Of a stretch of 64,000 nucleotides of DNA, positions 34,449 to 48,583 are shown in pieces. The stretch's first letter is position 1; each line of letters opens with the position of its first letter. The stretch comes from Azolla caroliniana (lineage: Eukaryota; Plantae; Polypodiophyta). The stretch covers positions 10,664,001 through 10,728,000 of the forward strand of contig JBHGNT010000001.1 of NCBI GenBank assembly GCA_043228905.1, written 5' to 3'. The notes beneath the pieces were generated by a model. It did not search any database, had not been told where the DNA came from, and was given only the letters and a program-made list of their open reading frames with translations. A program made the translations under genes and the position numbers.

Positions 34449-37400
34449 GCTATGCTCAGTATCGTCCGGATGGAAGTCATCTTCACTACTGGGGCAAATA
34501 TCTCGTCGAAGTCCACTCCCTTCTTCTGCTAGAACCCCTTCACCATGATCTTGGCTTTGTACCTTGGGGGGTTGCCGGCTTCTCCCAGTTTCAACTTATA
34601 CACCCACTTGTTTTGGAGTGCCCTCTTTCCTTTCGGCAACTCCACCAATTCATACGTGTGGTTCTCATGCAGGGAATCCATCTCGTCGTGCATGGCACTT
34701 AACCACTTGCGGCTATGGGTGTCATCCTTTGCTTCTTCCGGCTCCCCCTCATCGGTCAGCAGCACATGCTCTGCATCTGGAAATCTCCAGGGGGCTCTTC
34801 TTTCCCAGAGAGGATATCTTCGTCCTCGGTTTTCGGTAACCGGCTCCTGTGTATGTTCTTCATTTGAATCCGATTCGGGGTCTTGTCTGGTTCCGGTTTC
34901 AGCTTCCTCTCCTTCTTCTGCCGGTTCGGTATCCTCACCATAACCAGCTGGTTCTTCGAGTGTCAACCGGCTCCTAGCCGGGTAGGTCTGAATCTCATCG
35001 AACTGATCCTTACCGGTCGACTCAGAGTTCATTATCTTCTTCTCCGACTCCCAGTTGGCAAGGGTCTTGTCCTCCATGAAGATAATATCTCGACTCTAGA
35101 AAACCTTCTTGTCAACCAGATCCCACACTCGGTAGCCGAACTCATCATCGCCGTATCCGAGGAATATGCAAGGTCGGGACTTTGGATCCAACTTTGCTCT
35201 CCGGTCCTTTGCAACATGCACGTAAGAGAGACACTCGAATACCTTCAGATGTCGGTAAGATACTTCCTTACCAGTCCACACTCTCTGCGCCGTCTCTCCA
35301 TCCAAGGGCACTAAGGGTGATCTGTTTATCATGTACGTCGTTGTCGCCAGTGCCTCAGGCCAAAACGTCTTGGGTAACTTGGCATGTGCTAGCATACTCC
35401 AAACCCTCTCCATTATGGTTCGGTTCATACTCTCGGCCATCCCATTGAGTTCCGGTGTCTCCGGCATGGTAAATTTGAGCCAGATGCCCTTCGAACGGCA
35501 GTACTCCTCAAACTGCCCCCGGTATTCGCCTCTGTTATCTGCTTGAACCACCTTCAGCTTCCGGCCGGTTTCTCTTTCCACTCTTGCGTGGAGATCCTTG
35601 AAGACGAATAGCACTTGATCCTTCGTCTTCAACGGTGTGGCTCATAGCTTCCGGCTATGGTCATCTATGAACGTCATGAAGTACTGCGATTCGGCATGTG
35701 ACTTCGTGTCCACTTGACACACATCGAAATGCACCAGCTCCAGTGGTGCATTACGTCTCATCGGTGGCCTTGATCAGAAGGAGGTCCTGTTTTGATCATC
35801 GGCCAAGCAGTCAATGCACCTCTCAAGATTCACGTCCTTCACCGGAATGAGGTTGTCTTCGGCAAGCCTCTTCATCCCCTTCTCACTCATGTGACACAGT
35901 CTTTTGTGCCACAACTCACCGGCAGTGTCGGATGCAACGTTCACTTCTTCTTCCAGGCATAACCAGGCATTCATTAGGTACAACGTGTTGACTTTCTAGG
36001 CCCGAGCCACTATTAGGCTCCCTTTGCTGAACTTCATGACTCCGTTCCAGATGCTACCTGTGAAGCCTTCATCGTCTAGCCGACCAGCTGATATTAGGCT
36101 CGGTTGAACCTCCGGAACGTGTCAGACATCCTTCAGCAGCAACTTGCATCCAGTTGGTGTTGTCAGCCATAGGTCTCCTATGCCGACAATTCAGCATGTA
36201 CCTTCATTCCCCATCCGGAAACAGATAACAAGCATTTCCGGTCCGGGGTAAGGTGGATCGACGCTCTAGAATCGACAACCCATGTTGTCTCGTCGCTAGC
36301 AAGGTTCAACTCACTCTCCTCAGTGATGAGCATCAACTCCTCTTCACTTGCTGCAATTGCCATCGTTCCCTTCCGGTCCGGTCCTCTCCGGTCTTTGCCG
36401 TTCCGGTCTAGTGACCGCTTCAAATCGGTACTATTGGTTTCCTTGTCTTTTTGGAAGTGCCGACAGTTCTTCTGGAAGTGTCCTGGCTTGCCGCAATAGA
36501 AGCAAGTAGGCCTCCCCCTTGACTTTGACCGTGTCCCCGACTTTTCCCGGTTCTAGGGACTACGGTTCCTTTGTCTTCCGCGTTCCGATTCGGTAAGGAG
36601 CGCTTTGGAGTTGGAGATCGTATCCTTGTCTTTCCGACGCGCCTCCTTATCTAGCAAGCTCGACTTGACTCTTGCTAAGGATAATTGTCTTCCTTCCAGC
36701 CCGGCGTTGCCCAAAGTGAAGGGAGGGAACCGAGCAGGAGCAGTGCTAGTACCTCATCGGCGAGAGGTACTTCCAATGATGTTGCCTGGTGAATCAGCCC
36801 TTGGAAGGCATTCATGTGCTCCACCATGCTGGAGCCATCTTGGTACCGGAGTCTTACTAGCTTCCGGAATACCGAAACCTATGAAAGATAGCTTGCCGAA
36901 GCATTAGAAAGAACAATACACACAGAGAGAGAAAGAGAGTGCGCGGGAGAGAGAGAGAGAGAGCAAAACACACTATTTTTCAAAATTATATGAATACTTT
37001 GTGCTCTATATCTACAACGCGCTCATCAGTGCTATTTATACAAGTTCATACGGGACTGTTAGAGGTACGGTGTACTTCAATGCTCACACGAGTATCTGAC
37101 ACTAACTACGAGACTATAACTGCCTAGTCGTCTACCCTATACTAGGCTTCCGGTTACGGATTGGATCCGGCATACCGGCTCCCCAGGTCACCGGTCCTTA
37201 CTGCTTACCGGCTCGGTTGCTCATCGGCATACCGATTCATCTCGCTTACCGGCTCAGGCTTATTCAGCCGATCCGGCTCCGGTTGAGCTTGCCGCTCAAC
37301 ACTCCCCCTCAAGCTCAACCTGAGGTAGGGTCGTTGTGTCAACCTCTGTGGCAGCCGGTTCTTCCAACCGACTTCTCCTGGCATCGCTTCGCCTTGCTCG

Positions 37401-39519
37401 TGCTCCTTGTCCGGTTCGGTCCCGTTTGCCGCAACCCCTTTGGTTCTGCGTGCCTCGACCTTCGGCATGTCTGCTCAATAGGCCCATCTCAGCTCCTTTG
37501 CTGCTATGACTCCGGTGCTTGCCGATCCGTCGGTTCCTCCGCGATGGCATTGACTTCCGCTGCGTCCGTGTCTCCTTGGACTCTCGTTGATCCGACTCAT
37601 CCGGATCCGTCTGTTGATCCGAATCGGCTGTCTCCGACTCGTTCCAGCTCTTGTCCGAATCGGTATCCTCCGATTCGATTTTCGGATTCAGGCCTCTCAC
37701 CACATTGGACCACGTCAGGGTCTTGGCCTTTTTCGTGCTTCCCTTGGCTTCTTCAGCCGGTTCACCGACTTGTTCGAATGTGCCAACTTCCTTCGTCGAC
37801 TCAGCTTCATTTTTCTTCTTGTCTCCACCTCTATCGGTTCTTCTCCTACCTACGGGTTCAACAATTCTTTTGCCTTTGCCCGTTTCGGTAGTGTCTTTGC
37901 CCTTGCATCTCCCCCTCAAGTGCGGCACGTCGAGGTGCTGAACACCAAGCATTTCGGTAAAGTGCTGCAACTTGTCCGACCTGAGCGGCTTGGTGAAGAT
38001 GTCGGCAACTTACCAATCCGTGTGAACATACCATAGTTCAACTTCACCGCTCAGGACTCGCTCACGCACAAAGTGATAATGCACTTCTATGTGCTTTGTG
38101 CGAGCATGGAACACAAGGTTCTTGGCGAGCTGCATGCTGCTGAGGTTATCGCAGTAGACCAGGATCGGGGTCAGTACCTCAATACGCAGGTCTTGCAGTA
38201 GTCGCCGAAGCCAAATGGCTTCGCAGGTGGCAATGGTTGCGCCCCGGTATTCAGCCTCAGTGCTGGATAGAGCCACTGTTGGCTGCTTTTTGCTGCTCCA
38301 CGCAACAGCTGCGCTCCCAAGAGAAAACATAAAGCCGGAAGTTGAGCGACGATCCGTTGCATCGCCAGCCCAGTCGGCATCCGTGTAGCCGACAAGCTCT
38401 TCGGTTATACCTTGCCGGTATAAGGGCCCCCGGTCCTTAGTGCTGCTTACATACCTCAGTATTCGTTGCGCGCACTGAAGGTGCTCCACGGTCGGCTTCT
38501 GCATGAATTGGCTTACCACTCCGACCAGATAGCTAATGTCGGGTCGGGTAATGGTCAAGTAGATTAGGCTTCCGACTATTTGTCGGAACCGTTTCTCATC
38601 GAAGGCTGGTCTGGAGTTGGGACAGATCTTCTGATTCCGGTCCAGGGGTGTGGAGACAGGTCCGCATTCCGTCATGCCGAATTTGTACAGCATATTCAAC
38701 ACATAATAGCGTTGAGAAAGCAATATGTCGTCGGGGGTGCGGATCACCTCGATCCCCAAGAAATAATGAAGGTCCCCCAAGTCCTTCATATTGAATGCGT
38801 CCGACAATTGGGACTTGACGCAGTTGATTTCCGGAAGACCTGGGCCGGTGATGACTAAATCATCAACATAGAGTAAGATACATACCGGACCGTTTGAGCC
38901 TTGACGGATGAACAGGGAAGAGTCCGACTTAGAGGCAACAAACCCCATCTTTCGCAACCGGTGCGTGATCTTAGCATTTCAAGCACGGGGGGCTTGCTTC
39001 AAGCCGTACAACGACTTCCTCAACCGGCATACCGCCGACTTGTTCACCTCCGACTGAAATCCGGGGGGCTGAGTCATAAAGACTTCTTCTTCAAGATCTC
39101 CTTGAACGAAGGAATTCTTTACATCCATCTGATGAAGATGCCACCCCCTTGCCACAGCAACCGCCAGTACCACACGAACTGTCGTCATCTTCGCTACAGG
39201 AGCGAAGGTCAGGTCATTGTCGATTCTGTGGGTCTGCGCATATCCCTTTGCCACTAACTGGGCCTTGTACCGGTTAACTGTACCGTCGGCATTGTACTTT
39301 ACCTTGTACACCCACTTGCATCCAATCGGTTTATAGTGACGGGGATGGTCAACCAGGTCCCAAGTTCTGTTGGCATCTAGTGCCCGCATTTCTTCCTCCA
39401 TAGCGGCACGCCAACTTGCATCCTTTTCCGCTTCTGCGTAGCTCTCCGGCTCACACACTTCCGCGACCTTGGTCATGTACGCATAATGATGCGCAATGTA
39501 CTCGTTATACCCGTACTGT

Positions 39520-42500
39520 TGTCGCGGTCTTCCGCGGGTACGTGTAGGAACAGAGGCGGGACCACGGGGGTCTCGAACCAAGGAGAGAAAGAGAGTGAGA
39601 ACGAAGAAGATGGAAGAGAAGAGCAGGCGGGTGTGTATTCGTGTGTGTGTGTGTGTGTGAAAGACCGACTGCACAAGAGACGAGGGAGACAACAAGAGCA
39701 AGAAAGGACGGGACTGCTAGACTTCAATTAAACAGAGAATACAAACTGTCATTTACAACCGGCACGCCGGCAAGGGTCCCAACACGGGTCCCACTCACGC
39801 ACCCACAGGAGCAGAATGTCGCAGAAGAGGAGTGTCTTTGCCGGAAGCACACGGGTTGTCCACGGAGCAGAGACAGCGAACTCCCGACGGATCACGACCT
39901 CTGCGCCCAAATCCGCGACCTCGAAGCAGCAACAGAACAGGGAGCCTCTGCCGGAAGCACTCGGGCTTCCCACGCAGCAGAAACGACGAATCCCCAGGCT
40001 CTGCAGCGTCCGACGATCTTCTCTCCAGGAAAGAAGAGCCTCTTCGCAGTTCGACAGCACTTCGTCCTCGCCAAGTCGCGATCCCTTCTTCTTCCCCATC
40101 CTCCTCCTTTTATAGGTCCAGACGGAGCCGTTCGGCATTAAATTTCTACCTACCGTATCTAACCACTTCGATCCTCCTAGGTACCTAATCCGTCTCTATG
40201 TACAACTTGGCGCGCACGCGCGTGAAGAGCCGGTTCCCACGCCTTGGTGCCCCAATTCCACCCTTGGACGGTTTTCTTCACGACATCCGCCCCCACCTAA
40301 CCGCGCATCCACCGGCATGCGCCAATTAAGTTGGGACGGAGAAAACCGGCCCGCCTTCACTCTTCGCCCATCCGTCCTTCCTCGGTCTCGGATCGGTCTT
40401 CGCTGCTGTCTAGGAGAACCGGGTCTGGCTCGTCGTCGTGTCGCTTCTTGAAGGCTTTGATCCTCTTCCCAGCCACGGGTATCTCCATTCTCATGCCGTC
40501 GAGTTCCGCCAGGTGATACGTTCCGTTGTCGTTGGCGCTTTGTACTGCGTACGGCCCAAACCATCTCCGCGCGAACTTCCGTGTAGCCCGGTGCTTGTTA
40601 TCGAGGCTGCTGTCGTAGACGAGCACCCAGTCACCTTCCTCGATCTTCTTCGGTCGGAGCCGGTGCGTTCGGTCGAACCTGGCTTTGTTCTTTGTCCTCG
40701 CCACCCGGAGCTTCTCCGCAGCCAGCTTCACGTCCTCCGGTCTCCGCTCGAGTTGTCGTATACGCGCGGCCAACAACTCCTCCCGGCTCATCTCGTCTCT
40801 CCAATCGACCGTTGCCCATGAGGAGATCGTCCGTTCCATCGGCATGATCGGCTTCTGGCCGAACATAAGCTCCGTCGGCATGTACCCGGTTACCGAACTG
40901 TGCGTAGTCCGGTCTGCCCACAAAGCATAAGGTAGCAGCCGCGGCCAGTTACCGACTTGGCCTCCGCATGCCCGAACCAACGCCTTGACGATTGGCCCGT
41001 GTCCGCGCTCCACCTTTCCATTCGCCTCCGGATTGTACGCAGTGGTGAGCGAGAGCTTGACTCCCAGCCGGTCGAACAGCTCCGCCGCTTCTTCGGCGTC
41101 CAACTCCCCTCGGTCAGCCACGATCTTCCCGACGCACCCGTACCGGCATATCACGTCCTCGATTAGGAACCGACATACGGCCGCGGTCGTTTTGTTCGGA
41201 AGGGCCCGGCCTTCCACCTGGTTCGTCAGATCCTCCCGCGCTAGGACCAGGTACCGCATCTGTCCTACCCCCATTGGCATCGTCACCAGATCTACCATCC
41301 ATTTGAAGTGGATGGTCGGAGGGTACGTAGGGTGAAGCTCGTCCCGGTGTCGGACCACCGAGTGCATCTGACAGCTCTCGCAAGTTGTCACGAATCGATG
41401 CACGTCCCGGTACAGTCCCGGCCACCAGTACTTCTCCTTTATCTTCTCGAACGTGGCCCAAGTTCCACGGTGTCCGGCCCAAGGGCTGTCGTGGTAGGCC
41501 GTTAGCAGCTCCTCCTGTTCTTCCTTCATCGCCACCACCCGGAGCGGAGCGCCGTCCCTCTTCTTCGGGTGCTTCCATAGATAGCCATCCCGGAGAAAGA
41601 ACCGGTACGCTTTCTTCCGGATCCGGTTGGCCTCGTCTTTCGTCCATGACGCATCCGGCGCCATTGTCCTCAAGAACCCGCCGATCTGCAGCCACTCCCC
41701 GTCGTACTTGCTCGCGTCGAAGTCGTTAAGCGCCGGAGTGCTCGTCCCGTCGGTTGTTACATATGCTGCCTCGAAGAAGTCCACGCCGACCTCTTCGTCC
41801 TCCGAAACCATGCCGCCCTCGTCATCGAACCTCGCCCTCGAAAGCATGTCGGCCATGGCGTTGTCTTTCCCGGAAATGTGTCGTATTTCCGGGTCCAAGG
41901 ACTTGATGTACGCTATCCACCTGAGCATCGCCAGGTCCGGCGTCGCGCATCCGGAAACCATGCCGAGAATTGGCAGGCAATCCGTCTCGATAATCACTTC
42001 TGTCCCGATCAGATAGTCTTTGTCGGCCTTTACCGCCGAAACGATACCCGAGAGTTCGCGTTTAACCTGGGCGTATCCTCGCTGCCGCTCACTGAGGACT
42101 TTCGCGCCGAATCGGATCGGGAACCGATTGCCGTCCTCGTCTTGTTGGTTGACGACCCATCTTATCCCGGTCGGACTCGTATCCACCGTTATGTATACCG
42201 GGGTACCCTTCCCGTAAACAGCCTTCCGGAGCGCCGGTGCTGCTGCAAGAGCTTCCTTCAGCTTCCGGACCGACTCCGTATGCTCGTCTCGCCATTCGAA
42301 TTTTTGCCCTTTCTTCAGCAGCCCGTATAGCGGCTCCGCAACGTGGGCGTAATGCGGGATCCATATGTGGTAGAATGCGCATGCCCCCAGGAATCTTCGT
42401 ACTTCCGTGACCGAGCTGCAGTCGGGCTTCATCGCGGAGATGGCTTCTACCTTTGCCGGAGATGGTTTCCGGCCATATGGCCCACATAAGTGTCCGACCA

Positions 42501-45500
42501 CCATGATTTCCGACTGCCCGAAGGCTGATTTCTCCCCCGAGAAGGTGAGCCTCGCAGCCTCTAGCCTTTGCAGCACCTTCTCGCAGTCGTCGATGTGCGT
42601 CGCCACGAATCGCCGGCATCCGTCCGGCCCGATCGTCTCGTCTTTTCTGCTACCGGGCATCCCTTGATCGGGATGTCGTCCAGAAACGGCATGGTGATGT
42701 CCGGGATGCAGTCCCTCAGAACCTTGTTCATCGCATTCACCATGTGGGCCACCGAGTTGGTCCCTCCTTGCGGCAGCGTACACATCCGCACTAGGCCGAG
42801 GGGAGTTCGCATCGTCGTAATGTCTCTGCTCTCCACGGCTAGCTGGAACTGGTCGTACCCTGAGTATAGATCACCGACCGAGTAAATCGACCTTCCGGCG
42901 AAGGCCTCCGCGAACTCGTCTATGGTCGGTCCAATCCCAGCGTTCCGAATGGTCACCCTATTGACCGGTTGCAGGTCCTGAATGAAGCGCAATGATCCGT
43001 TTTTCTTTGGTACGGTAAACCATCGGTTTGAATACGGGGCGCTCGACGGCTCGAGAATGCCCATATCAACTTTCTGCTTCAACAGCTCCATCAACTTCGG
43101 GATGTGAGCTCTCGGAACCGGAATTGGCTTGAGATTCCACGGTACATGCGGTACCGTGAATATCACCATCGGCTCTACGATCGTCGGGTCTACGCACCCG
43201 ATTTCCTCCGGTGAGAATGCGAAGGCTTTCCCGTGCCTTCCGAGCATTCTCCGAAACCGGTCTTCCTCCGCCGGTAGTAGGAACCCGCCCCCACCGATTT
43301 TGAGCTCCCGGAGCGTCTCGTTGGTGAAGGTGTGTCCTATGCAGGCCGGATCTCGTAAGCTGGGGTCCGATGCAACCCCTTTGATTTGCGACTCGCTGCC
43401 CTCCGGTAACGGTACCGCGACTGGCCTTACCTTCCGGTCCACAGTCTTGTACTTGGTGCTTACTCGGGCCGTCCGATCCGACTCGAGCCCCCGACCAAAG
43501 TCCGCGATGACTTCGTACATCTCTTCGGAACATACCGGTATCATCCGGTCTTCGTTAAGGTCTTCTTCGACTACCTTCCCCAGCATTCCCAAGGTGTCGT
43601 CGAAGGAGACCGCCTCCACGGCGCCACTGATTTCTTCGTCGGGGCCGAGGACTCCGCACGCCTTGAGTCGCTCCTCCTCCCGTTTTCTCTCCTTGCCTCT
43701 AATCCTAGCTATGGTACAGCCTCCGTTTTCAGAGAACCAAAACCTCCTACTTATTGTACAAGTGTGGGGTTCGTCCGGGGTGCCCGGACTATCGCGGCCC
43801 CACGCCCTGATAGTCCTCTCTAAAAATCCTCGCGGCCGTCGCCGCCGAGGGTTTTCCGATTTCGCTCATGGTTTGGGCATACGGTCATGAACTGGACGGA
43901 GTGCCGTCCGTCCTGGCTCTTCACACGCGCGTACGCCGAACCGTTATCCAGCACCTTCGTCTCCATGCGCGCTGCCGTGATATACGGTTCACCGAGAATC
44001 ACCGGGTGTGAAGACGTCTCTTGCACGAAGAAGTGTTGATCGATTTCGACGTCGCCGATCTTTACCCGTACATTCGGGCACGCACCATGCAGCTCTTCCG
44101 TAGCACGCGTCGCCACCCGTATCTTCCACCCGTGCTTGGTGTTGATCGGCCACTTTCCCTTCCTGTAGAACTCCATGGACATCATGTTGATTTCGGACCC
44201 ATGGTCTACCAGCGCCACCACCAGCTCCGGAACGTCGCCGATCCTCACAGGTGTTTCCGTAGTTGCCCTGGCCCAATGTGGCCTCGCATAGTGGCTCTCG
44301 GCCACCTCGTCCTTCAGGGCTGAATCTTCCAAGTGCGTCGTCCGCACTTCCACCGACCTCTCCAGATCCGGCTCCGTCGAGAGCCTCTTCCGCTTCACCA
44401 AGTCGACAATGGAGTCGTGGAACTCCCTCTTGGCGATTCCAAGCACCTCCCGCAACGACAGTTCCACTTTGCTGTCAAGGATTCGTTCCTCGAGGACCTT
44501 CCGTAGGTCCGTCGTCCTCTCGATCTCGGTGCTCAGCCGGAACCCGGCCTGCTTCTTCCCATCCGGCACGCTTGGGTTGCCGGCATTGTTCGGTTTCGGA
44601 CCGAACCGGGTCTCGTACCGCTTCGAGGGACCGACCCCTCCGGCTCTTCCCGCTTGTTTGTCCTCTACCAGAACCTCGTAGTTCTGGCATGCGGCTTCCA
44701 CGAAGCCTATTTTCTCTTCGACCGGATCGTCCCACCCGGTAACCTCCTAGACCCTTTGCTCCGCGCGGTCGGCCTCTTCTTTCTTCAACCGCGCTTCGGA
44801 AAGGTTCTCCAACACAAGTGGCCAGAATCCGGAATCCTTCTCTTTACGGGCCTTGTCACCCCCGACCCGGATTCCCGCCGATGCCGCATAGTTCGCTGCC
44901 TCCGCGTGTCGTGCGGCGGCCTCCTCCATCAGTCGCTTCATTCCGCCATGCCCCGTATTCAGCTCCAAGGCTCTGCGGGTTTCGCTTGCGTGCACCCGTC
45001 CATTCGAGAGGTACACTACGTTGGCTCTGAGTGCCCCAGCGAAATCCGCGCAGTCTTTCCGAATATGACCGGTCGCGTCACACCACATGCACCGATGCAA
45101 TGCAGGTGGCCTCCGGTCGCGGGGCGGTTCGCTACTGTCCCTTCGTGCCTGCGCGATCTGCAGGTCCCGCACCATTTGCGTTAACTCCTCCAGGGCCGCA
45201 CCTCCGGAAGACCCTTTAACCTGGTCGTTCGAGGTCGACCCCTTCTCTAGCCAGGGTCGGGTCTCTTCCCTCCTTGCCGGCGCCGATACCGACACCTCAG
45301 GTCTTCGTACTGGGGCCTTCGGGGCCCCGTCGCTCCACTCATGTCGTTTGTCAAAACGACTGCAGACCCGTTTAACCACGGCCCAATCTGTCGTGAGCCC
45401 TTCGTCCGTCTCCAATAGGAGACCCACCTTTTCTCTGTCAAGCGCGTCCACCGACTTGACAAACAGTAGTACTCGACTCGTCTCCAGTACGGTCCGATCC

Positions 45501-46748
45501 AGCGTCGACAGCCGCACGAACCGTTTTTCGAATTCCTGGAGGAGCGCCGTCGTGTTCCTCCCTTTTCCGGGGCTTTCAACCCATGCCATGAAGTCTAGTC
45601 TCGACAGCCGAAGTGAGTCGTCTAACCCGTATCTCTCGAGGAGCCGCAGCTCGAACTCCTCCCATGTCTGGCAACCGGCCAGCACCTCGAGCACCTCCGC
45701 GTGGATGCTCGGTGCCACCACCCGAGGAAATCCGGACAGCCGCCTGTCCGTCGGTATGTCCCTCATGATCATTTCGGCCCGGTAGGCCTCCAAGTAGCTC
45801 GTGGCATCCTTCCCTCCGAACCGGCCTATAGTGCCAACGACCGACTCAATGGCTCTGTCGAGAGCACCTGTTCCCTCCCGAGCATTTACTAGCCGGTCGA
45901 CAGCTACCGCCATAGCTTCGGCAAGCTCAGACCCTCTCATTATCACTCCTCTGCCGCCTGTTCACGTCGGGTTCACCAAAGATGTCGCGGTCTTCCGCGG
46001 GTACGTGTAGGAACAGAGGCGGGACCACGGGGGTCTCGAACCAAGGAGAGAAAGAGAGTGAGAACGAAGAAGATGGAGGAGAAGAGCAGGCGGGTGTGTA
46101 TTCGTGTGTGTGTGTGTGTGTGAAAGACCGACTGCACAAGAGACGAGGGAGACAACAAGAGCAAGAAAGGACGAGACTGCTAGACTTCAATTAAACAGAG
46201 AATACAAACTGTCATTTACAACCGGCACGCCGGCAAGGGTCCCAACACGGGTCCCACTCACGCACCCACAGGAGTAGAATGTCGCAGAAGAGGAGTGTCT
46301 TTGCCGGAAGCACACGGGTTGTCCACGGAGCAGAGACAGCGAACTCCCGACGGATCACGACCTCTGCGCCCAAATCCGCGACCTCGAAGCAGCAGCAGAA
46401 CAGGGAGCCTCTGCCGGAAGCACTCGGGCTTCCCACGCAGCAGAAACGACGAATCCCCAGGCTCTGCAGCGTCCGACGATCTTCTCTCCAGGAAAGAAGA
46501 GCCTCTTCGCAGTTCGACAGCACTTCGTCCTCGCCAAGTCGCGATCCCTTCTTCTTCCCCGTCCTCCTCCTTTTATAGGTCCAGACGGAGCCGTTCGGCA
46601 TTAAATTTCTACCTACCGTATCTAACCACTTCGATCCTCCTAGGTACCTAATCCGCCTCTATGTACAACTTGGCGCGCACGCGCGTGAAGAGCCGGTTCC
46701 CACGCCTTGGTGCCCCAATTCCACCCTTGGACGGTTTTCTTCACGACA
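39520..46748 (-). mobile_element. E5: full-length Trp-family Gypsy; LTRs 45983-46748 (5') and 39520-40285 (3')
   Basis: 766-bp LTRs with about 6 differences by eye. TSD CTGT/CCGT. The host reads KDPVKR|YGYNEY across the insertion. Confidence 0.97.
40357..45940 (-). pseudogene. E5 gag-PR and pol, nearly intact
   Basis: One stop in gag (44747) and one frameshift in RT (about 42650). Confidence 0.9.
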
Positions 46749-48583
46749 CCGTTTAACGGGATCCTTCTGGCGGGTGGACCGGCGTAACTCACCGTTACCC
46801 GGTATGAGACGCTTTTTTGCCGGTTCGGTCTTCGTTCCCGAAGATCTGCCTATGTCCTTGCCGAAGTCAGATACGCACCGATCTGACTCATCATTGCCGG
46901 TCTCGAATTCCGGCATCTTCTGCTTCCCTTTCTCTTTGCGTGTGAACCGTCTCCTCGGTTCCTTGCGCGGGGAGAGCACGACAGAGTCTCCACTACTCGC
47001 CGTCTCATCATCCGACTGGTTGGACGGATCCAGTCTCTCATTCTGTCCACTTAACTGGAACGATTCCGGACTCTCATCTTGAGTCCCGACTTCATCTTTC
47101 TCTACCTGGGCCAGTTCGGGCTCACTAGCCCCATCCTCCGACATCGGGTCAGGATCGGAAGTTGGAGTCAGTAAGGAATACCACGATGCCGATTCATCAA
47201 ACTCGACATCTCGGCTGACTCGGACCTGCTTCGTCCGGGGGTTATAACACTTATACCGCTTTTGCTCTTGAGCATAGCCAACTAGGATGCATTTTTCCGA
47301 TTTTGCATCCAGCTTTCTCCGCTTCTCATCCAGCACATGTACATAGGCTATGCTGCCGAATATCCGGAGGTGTCTCAAATTCGGCTTGCGGCCGAAATAC
47401 AGTTCATGAGCTGACACCTTGTCCCCAATCCGGTTCTGGATGTAAACGGTCGTTTGGACCGCCTCCGCCCAGTAGAACTTGGGCATGCTCTTTTCCTCCA
47501 GCATTGCCCTAGCTGCGTCAATCAGCGACCGATTCTTCCTTTCAGCTACACCGTTCTGTTGCGGTGTGTATCTACGGCTGAATTCTCGCCGAATTCCTTT
47601 TTGTTGCAGATAGTTGTTGAATTGGCCGGAAAAGTATTCTTTTCCGCCATCTGACCGTAGGCATTTGATCTTCCTCTCCGATTCCCGTTCCACCATCTTC
47701 TGGAGGCTCCGGAAACACTCGAAGACTTCGCTCTTCCGATCAATGAGGTAGATCCACGTATGCCGTGTGTAGTCGTCGATGAAGGAGACGAAATATCGAC
47801 TCCCGCCAATGCTAACATTTTGTGCCGGTCCCCACACATCCGAATGGATAATATCGACCTTGTTACGGCTTCAATTTCTTTCGGTGGGGAATGGAAGCCG
47901 GTGTTGCTTCCCGAGTTGGCAGGCTTCACAAATCTGGGCTCTCCGGCCGCTAAACTTCGGCAAACCGAAAACAACTTGTTTCGTTTGCATGTCTTGAAGC
48001 CTCCGGTAGTTGACGTGGCCGATCCGCTTATGCCACAGGTCGATATCCGACTAGACCTTCTGTCCTTTGGCGAACAGTGCAGTGCCGACGTCATTACTGT
48101 TGAGGATAAACATCCTCCCATCTCTGTGCCCTTGCGCAATAACTTCGCCCTCATCCTCAATGAAGCACTCGAGGTGTGTAAACCGCACCTACATCCCCTG
48201 GTCGACGATCTGTCCGACCGACACCAGGTTCTTCGTGATCGTCGGAACATGTAATACATTCATCAGCTTCCCCCTCTGTCCGACGTGGCTCAAAGGGACT
48301 TCTCCGACGTACATGATCGGGTGGGGAGTGTCGTCTCCGGTTTCGACAACTCCCGGTTGATCCGGCTTCTCCAAAAAGGAGAACCACTCCCCATGGCTCG
48401 TCATGTGGTTCGATGCGCCGGAGTCAACGTACCACACTTCCTCCGATTTGGAAGTGGTCTTCTTCATTGAGTTTGCCTTGTGCTTCATCACCAAGGCTGG
48501 CCCCTTACCTTTCTTGGATCCTCCCGATCCATTTGCGTAGTGCGAGCTTTGCCGGCCTTCCTTACCGGTCTTGCCGGATCCGG

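Noticed and set aside
38979-39701. Apparent novel fusion ORFs (also 48189-48755, 52291-53112, 26093-27229 and 62539-63009)
   Set aside because: Chance read-through across insertion junctions marked by TSDs
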